Shown: positions 24,475-30,672 of the stretch, piece after piece
Position numbering within the stretch: position 1 is the stretch's first letter
How the letters are laid out: every line of letters starts with the position of its first letter
NCBI RefSeq assembly: GCF_006345805.1
Contig: NW_021832490.1
Coordinates: forward strand, 1-30,672
Direction of reading: 5' to 3'
DNA: 30,672 nt
From: Octopus sinensis
Lineage: Eukaryota
The notes under the pieces: model-generated
Seen by the model: only the letters and a program-made list of their open reading frames with translations
Databases searched by the model: none
Told to the model about the DNA's origin: nothing
Position numbers and translations under genes: made by a program

Positions 24475-24580
24475 CCAGTGACTGAGAGATGGCCAGCATC
24501 GTGAGTCCAGCGGCTACAACTAAGAAAAAGGAGGATGGCGGGGAAGCTGAATTTATTCGGCCTCTCCCCAAACACAAAAT
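24475..24580 (+). other. Candidate start-codon-containing exon
   Basis: CTTCTCATCCTTAG| acceptor, in-frame TGA at 24483, GAG-ATG-G at 24489, MASIVSPAATTKKKEDGGEAEFIRPLPKHK, then AT|GTAAGT consensus donor. Product not recognised. Confidence 0.35.
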
Positions 24581-24768
24581 GTAAGTACTCGGGTGTGAAA
24601 GACCCTGCTTAAATACATCGTAAATTTGTACGGTGTAGCCGTGGACTACCTGGCCACAATGTATTAAAAACATTTTTTCATTCAACTTGACATTCATAGT
24701 AAATATATCATTCGAAATTGTTAACCGATAATCGCAAACGAAGTCATGATCTTTATGTTTTGTAACGT

Positions 24769-25278
24769 CCTGATGCAGTACCAGGCAGTGGCTTTCATGG
24801 CTTCTGATCTTAACTGATTTGTCTTGGTATTAAAAATGGGCTACAGCAAATATTCTGCTCAATAGCACAGATTTGCTTGTCAGTTGTTTGACATTAACCA
24901 GTTGTGAATGTCCCTTGGTGGCTGACAATACATGCATCTCTGATCACGAGCAGAAGTAGAGGGGGAGCATCATAGCCATGTGTTGAGAGGAATTATTTGG
25001 GGTTTGAATAATTCACCTCTGGAAACATGGGTGTTTCGTTCAACATCCTTAAATAACCTTTTGAGCAGGATGGGCTACTCGACCTGAAGAAAATTGTAAC
25101 TGGGGCCTACCTGCAAGATCATGTGATGTTTATCTTGATATGAAATCATGTCGCGCACATATGATTGTGATGCATGTACCTAGTGTACCCTTATCAGACG
25201 GGTAGTCATGATGGGTATACTGGGTTTCGTATATTTTACCCCAGTGTCACTTTGATGGCATGCACTGCTCTCTCACTC
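24769..25278. mobile_element. ~0.5-kb interspersed repeat, copy 1
   Basis: CCTGATGCAGTACCAGGCAGTGGC...CTGCTCTCTCACTC followed by (AAT)n; colinear with 25441-25991 apart from two short deletions and scattered substitutions. Confidence 0.85.
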
Positions 25279-25330
<52 letters not shown>

Positions 25331-25379
25331 TAATGATGATGATGATGATGATAATAATAATAATAATAATAATAATATA

Positions 25380-25417
<38 letters not shown>

Positions 25418-25440
25418 TAATAATATAATAATAATAATAG
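25279..25440. repeat. (AAT)n/(GAT)n linker
   Basis: Separates the two 0.5-kb copies. Confidence 0.95.
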
Positions 25441-25991
25441 CCCTGATGAAGTACCAGGCAGTGGCTCTCATGGCTTCTGATCTTAACTGATTGGAAGTGT
25501 TATCATGTACATTGTTTTTGTCTTCGTATAAAAGATGGGCTACAGCAAATATTCTCTCAATACCACAGATTTGCTTGTCAGTTGTTTGACCTTAACCATT
25601 TGAGCATGTCCCTTAGTGGCTGACGATATGTGCATCTCTGATCACGAGCAGAAGTAGTGGGGGAGCATCATAGCCATGTGTTGAGAGGGATTCTTTGGGG
25701 TTTGAATAGTTCACCTCTGGAAACATGGGTGGTTCTTTCAACATCCTTAAACAACCCTTATTCAGGGACCGTTTGAGCGGTGGGCTACTCAACCTGAAGA
25801 AAATTCTAACTGGGCCCCACCTGCAAGGTCATGTGCTGTTTATCTTGATATGAGATCACCATGTCGCGCACATATGGTTGTGATGCATGTGCCTGGTGTA
25901 CCTTTATCAGACGGGTAGTCATGATGGGTATATTGGGCTTCGTATATTTTACCCCAGTGTCACTTTGATGGCATGAACTGCTCTCTCACTC
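25441..25991. mobile_element. ~0.55-kb interspersed repeat, copy 2, flanked by (AAT)n on both sides
   Basis: Direct repeat of copy 1; no ORF; class not determined. Confidence 0.85.
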
Positions 25992-26035
25992 AATAATAAT
26001 AATAATAATAATGGCAATAATAGTAATAGAAGGGT

Positions 26036-26392
26036 TTTTGGGATCTCTTCATATAGACTGACATACTATTGAAGTAAAGAGACCAGATATGATTGTAGGG
26101 AATAGAAATGGCGTAAGATCATAGACGTTGCAATAATATATATTAATAGATCGGACACCGAAGAAATGGAAAAATCAACTGAAGAATATCAGGACCTAAC
26201 CAAAGAGATGACGTGATTATGGTAGACACAGAAGACAATTTTTCCTATGGTAGCCTGTGCACTTAGCACCACACCGAAACTGCTACCTAGAAGAGAGTGA
26301 AAGATATTGGGATTGAAAATCGTATCGTCAACTTACACAAAATTGTAATCTGATGTGAAACAAGGATCCTAAGATTGATTCTTCAAATATGA
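26036..26392 (+). pseudogene. Decayed C-terminal RLE domain of an R4/Dong/NeSL-like LINE
   Basis: Broken frames give FWD..IEVKRPDMIV..KIIDVAI..EYQDL.KE..LW..PMVACALSTTPKLLPRR..DIGIENRIVNLHKIV..RILRLILQI*, a PD-(D/E)xK-type pattern with several stops and frameshifts. Confidence 0.85.
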
Positions 26393-26421
26393 GAAGACTT
26401 GTTTTATTCCATGATAATATA

Positions 26422-27641
26422 CAGAGCTTGGACAAAATAAAGGAAAGAATTTCTTGTGAAATGGCGTTGGCATCAATCACAGCTTTAATACTTCAAGGAA
26501 CTCGTTAATTTTTTAAATGGTTATTAGGGGTATTTGGGGCCATCCTTCGAGTAAGACTTGCTTTTACTCTTTCAGCGACAATAGTGGAGGAACGTGGATT
26601 CTCACTCACTGCTCCAAAATACATCCTAAATATTCGATGGTACTGAGATCTGGTGTTTGCGAGATCCAATCAAAACAGTCTGCTTCACTTTAGTGCATTT
26701 CGTACCAATTTTAAATGACAATAGCCGTATGAATCGGTGCATTATTGTTTTGCCATATTACGCTAACATCCGAGAGCAATGTTTCTACCATAATATGGTT
26801 ATGATATACCTAGATACACAGATAAGCTATGATTTTAACTCGGCTTTGCATAACAGATAAAGGGTAGAGAAAATTCCGTTATATGTCTACAGAGATCATC
26901 ACAGAGTAACATCTGTTTCACAGTGGAGACCAAACAAAATTGGTGGTTTCTTTGTGCCGTCTCTTGATTCAAATTCACTCCAAGATAGGAACAAGAGTCA
27001 ATGATGATTAATTAAAGATAATGACATTATTCTATGAAGCCGTTAATAATTTCTAGTAGTCTACACAACATTTCTTCCGCTTATCATTGTTCATCGGCAA
27101 AGAGAGGGATATCCAGATTGCATCCTTTTCTTGGTATACAGCTTTATGAATCTCACGTGACCAGTTAAAGATCGACAAAGAGCTGTCAAGGTGGGTGTTT
27201 AGACCTGCTAACATTTTTGCTTTGTGGCTAAATGGCTTTTAGCAACGATAAGTTTCAGTATTTTGCAGTAACACTTTATGAGTTTTGATTGCCAGAGCGG
27301 TTCTTATCTTGGCATTGGAATGACAACATTATTTTAAAGTCTATCTCTCGAAATATTAACAATCCTGGAGTTTTAGAACTAAAGCGCCAGAAATCCGTAC
27401 TTCTACAAATTGTCCGTCTTGGAAATTATATGTTTCACGCATTTTAAATCATTTAAACGTTAATATTAGCAAACAGAAGGAATGCTAAAAAGCAACAGAG
27501 GCCCATAGCTTTAAGTACCAAGGCTACTTCAAGCATGTCTGCTCATATGTACAAACTAGAATTGCTTTCAATTCATTATACTAACTATTGAATACATAGT
27601 TAATTAATAAGTCGTGTTAATATTAATTTGTTCAACTCTAG
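26422..27641 (-). mobile_element. Decayed Tc1/mariner DNA transposon (~1.2 kb)
   Basis: Minus-strand translation with stops: FQDGQFVEVRISGA.. (N-terminus), REIHKA, VII..SSLTLVP, SVMI, IWQNNNAPIHTA, WISQTPDLSTIE..ILEQ, IKAVIDAN (DD34E-type motifs WSDES, QDDNAPIH, SPDLNxIE degraded). Ends TA|CAGAGCTTGGACAAAATAA and TTAATTTGTTCAACTCTAG|TA form a degenerate TIR. Confidence 0.85.
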
Positions 27642-27655
27642 TATGTATGTGTGTG

Positions 27656-27697
<42 letters not shown>

Positions 27698-28117
27698 AAG
27701 TCTAAAGAAAACAGAGAACACATATATAGAGTAATCCATTTATGACCAATGTCCAGTCAAATTAAAAAGTCCATTCATATTGCCTACACTGCATTTCGGC
27801 TGATTGCTGTTATTCAGTATTTTCACTTTTGAATTACATTATGAAGTTAAGAAATCAAAAAGCCTCCTCAGGGCATAATTGACTGAGGATTTTTAGTTCC
27901 TAACGGATCTCAATTTGATTGGACAATGGTAAAAAATTGAACCGTTTTTCTTAAATCTTCAAACTTTTTCTCGTATATTGAAAATGATGGAAATATCCAT
28001 AGCGACTCCTGGAATTATAGAATTATAGGTACTAATATCGAAGAAGAATCAACGATAGACACTAGCACACAGACACACGAAAAACTTTCAGTACCATTAT
28101 TCGATATTAGTGCAAAA

Positions 28118-28347
28118 GGCGGCGAGCTGGCAGAAACGTTAGCACGCCGGGCGAAATGCTTAGCGGTATTTCGTCTGCGTTACGTTGTGAGTTCAAATTC
28201 CGCCGAGGTCGACTTTGCCTTTCATCCTTTCAGGGTCGATAAATTAAATACCAGTTACGCGCTGGGGTCGATGTAATCGACTTAATACCTATGTCTGTCC
28301 TTGTTTGTCCCCTCCGTGTTTAGCCCCTTGTGGGTAGTAAAGAAATA
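28118..28347 (+). mobile_element. Full-length tRNA-derived SINE with perfect 15-bp TSD
   Basis: GGCGGCGAGCTGGCAGAAACG head, GAGTTCAAATTCC B box; GATATTAGTGCAAAA at 28103-28117 and 28348-28362. Confidence 0.95.
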
Positions 28348-28478
28348 GATATTAGTGCAAAACTTGTACACGCTGGATAATATATCACTAAGAAAGAACA
28401 GCTTTCTATACAGACTTATATATACACACATATATATATATGTGCATATATACATACATATATACATTCATATATATG

Positions 28479-28520
<42 letters not shown>

Positions 28521-28525
<5 letters not shown>

Positions 28526-28700
28526 ATCCAAACAAGAAAACAGAGAAAAAGAGAAAAAACAGCAACGCGAGGACGTGGAACAATTAAAGTATTATTGACG
28601 CTCAGGAAAGAAGGGAAGGAGGGTTTAACGTTTCGATCGGAGCTCTTCGTCGAAACAAGGAGAAGGAAAGATCCCAAGAAGGGAAGACAGAGGAAAAAAT
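28521..28700 (-). mobile_element. Penelope-like LTR fragment with mutated hammerhead
   Basis: Reverse complement of 28623-28656 is GTTT-C.GACGA-A-GAGC(TCC)GATC-GAAAC-GTT-AAAC: core T missing and one stem II mismatch; otherwise homologous to 20093-20305. Confidence 0.7.
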
Positions 28701-28741
28701 ATTTTTGCTGGTGGTGCTCAAGAGATCACATGTTGAAACGT

Positions 28742-28843
28742 GCTTCTTTCAGTTTCCGTCTACCAAATTGATTCACACGGTCTTGGTCAGCCGATACCAT
28801 GTGGTTGGTAAGCAAGCTATTACCACATACCCACTCCCGCGCC
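28742..28843 (-). mobile_element. Internally deleted tRNA-headed SINE of a further family
   Basis: Minus strand GGCGCGGGAGTGGGTATGTGGTAATAGCTTGCTTACCAACCACATGG joined to ACCAAGACCGTGTG..TTGGTAGACGGAAACTGAAAGAAG. Family assignment is from recognition only. Confidence 0.55.
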
Positions 28844-28983
28844 GATATATATATATATGTGTATATGTATATATATATATAATATATATATATATAATAA
28901 TATATATATATATAATATATATATAATATATATATATATATAATATATATATATATTATATATATCATATATATAATATAGTA

Positions 28984-29015
<32 letters not shown>

Positions 29016-29537
29016 TATTCATATATATGTATGTATGTTTGTGTGTATATATGTAGAAAAAAATTATTTGGTAATAAATGTACAAAAACACAACACCATG
29101 TCTTTCTTAGTCATTGCATAACCTTCACCATATGTCTGCAAAATGAATATATATTTTACAGTTTTGGAGGATAAAGAGGAGACAGGGGAACTCTGAGATT
29201 GGCAAAAAAAGAGAAAGGAAATAAAAAAAAAACACAAGAAAGCACAAGATGATGCTTGAAAGACGCCTTGAATATACGTCATTCAATGACTCTCTTGCTT
29301 ATCTCTTCTCACCTTATCTAGCTGGAAACTGGGCTACTGGAGTTGCATTTTTGTTTATTTGTTTAGAATATTGAGTTTATTTGTTTAGATTAAATGTTTG
29401 CGCTATGATGAAAGTGACGCATGGTTTTCGTGTATATATATACATACATACGTACATACATTCATACAAACAACCAACATACATATATATCTATATTATA
29501 TTCACACTATGTATATGTATATATATATACATATATA

Positions 29538-29590
<53 letters not shown>

Positions 29591-29656
29591 TTGTGCGTGT
29601 ATATGTGTCTGCGTATATATATATATATGTATATATACATTTTATATATATATATA

Positions 29657-30315
29657 CTAGCAGCATAGCCCGGCGTTGCCCGGGTATGTAAGAGCCCCTA
29701 GTAGGCAACGACTAATCCCAATCTAGTCCTTTCCTCTGGGGAACGAAGGCGCATGTGTAGGTTGCAATGTCTTCTCTTCACTCCCAAATAACTATCAAAC
29801 AGCTATCGATAATTCAACCCAACCAATTCCTACCAGGAAGAAATTACATTCGAGACTTTACCCCCAACACCGCCACTTCTGCTGCAGCCGCAAGTTATTC
29901 GAATACTTTTTTTGTTTACACTTTCTTTATAACTACCACCTCAAACGTTTTACCTTAAATTTTTTACGTACCCTAAGGGTCCTCGGACGCTACTTGCAAA
30001 CTCTTGGTTTATTATAAACCGCTTTTGTCGTGTGCACCAAAAAACCTTTTCCATTCGTTTGTCCATTTGGTCACTTTTGACTTTTTCGTTGTTGTCACTC
30101 ACATTGCTGCTCGCTTTTTTTGCCGTTTTTGTACAATTTTATACATTTTCTCAGAACTGGGGGTACTTATCAAAACTGCGTCAGTTTTGAATTATGACAT
30201 TGGGCTATGTGTGTGTCAAGTTTCATCAGAATCGGTTGAAAGCCGTGGTCAGGGTGAGGGTACAACCTGACAGACACACAGACACACAGACAAACTGCCG
30301 TTTATATATATATAT
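29657..30315 (-). mobile_element. Non-autonomous Helitron (Lep1-like), ~660 bp
   Basis: Minus-strand 3' end CCCGG-GCAACG-CCGGG hairpin, 8 nt, CTAG|T; 5' region TATATAAACGGCAGTTTGTCTGTGTGTCTG..AACCGATTCTGATGAAACTTGACACA. The exact 5' TC is lost in (TA)n. Confidence 0.8.
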
Positions 30316-30427
30316 AATATTGCTTGCCATCTTTTAATAGATAATTTATCAAGACCATATTATCTACCAGGCGAATTCTCGTCAGTAACCGGCCAAACAA
30401 CTAACTTATAATTCAGAGACAAGATAA

Positions 30428-30479
30428 CACGTGTCCCATCATTATATGCTATAATCTTTCAAATACGCGCGCAGGCGCA
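30428..30479. promoter_or_regulatory. E-box plus NRF1/Ewg-like motif
   Basis: CACGTG at 30428-30433; minus-strand TGCGCCTGCGCG at 30468-30479; motif match only. Confidence 0.2.
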
Positions 30480-30548
30480 TTTACAGTCAGCAATAGATAC
30501 AATGCCGAGCTGAAACTTCGAGAATGCTAAGAACATATCATAAGGTAC

Positions 30549-30589
<41 letters not shown>

Positions 30590-30597
30590 TACTATTT

Positions 30598-30672
30598 ATT
30601 CTGTTATTGTTCAGTCACTCCAATGCGGCCATGCTGGAATACCGCCTTTAGTCGAGCAAATCGACACCAGGA
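30598..30672 (-). mobile_element. 3' end of a SINE cut by the window edge
   Basis: Minus strand TGGTGTCGATTTGCTCGACTAAAGGCGGTATTCCAGCATGGCCGC contains the GTCGAT..TCGACT motif of the other SINEs. Confidence 0.7.

Noticed and set aside
24422-24697. 91-aa minus-strand ORF
   Set aside because: No recognisable domain or good donor; overlaps a + strand candidate with better splice signals.
25442-25452. CTGATGAAG word at the start of repeat copy 2
   Set aside because: Copy 1 has CTGATGCAG and there is no downstream stem II-GAAA; chance match.
24769-25991. CRISPR array or LTR-retrotransposon LTR pair
   Set aside because: Eukaryotic context, no repeat-spacer periodicity, no TG..CA ends, PBS or internal coding region.
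26576-26639. Apparent + strand exon (TTTCAG| .. |GTACTG, TIVEERGFSLTAPKYILNIRW)
   Set aside because: Lies antisense within the Tc1 remnant, which explains the sequence.

Overview
AT-rich, microsatellite-saturated animal DNA that is intronic or intergenic. The repeat families (tRNA-headed SINEs, Penelope-like LTR pieces, TA/CA/GATA/CAT/AAT/TACA arrays) look like those of coleoid cephalopods such as Octopus; this is recognition-based inference, not a search result. No intact gene, rRNA, tRNA or CRISPR array can be supported, and nearly all ORFs in the supplied track are translations of simple repeats. Supported features: (i) about eight SINE copies or fragments, one full-length with a perfect 15-bp TSD; (ii) two decayed 3' ends of RLE-type non-LTR retrotransposons; (iii) a heavily decayed, near-complete Tc1/mariner element of about 1.2 kb with TA flanks; (iv) two non-autonomous Helitrons with hairpin/CTAG ends; (v) five or six foldback/MITE-like elements, three from one family; (vi) Penelope-like LTR fragments carrying minimal hammerhead-ribozyme motifs with a covarying stem I, one with an intact core; (vii) a tandem pair of ~0.5-kb repeats joined by (AAT)n. 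A few unique-sequence islands have good splice signals and are listed as low-confidence candidate exons whose strand and identity cannot be resolved here. Edge coordinates of degenerate features are approximate.
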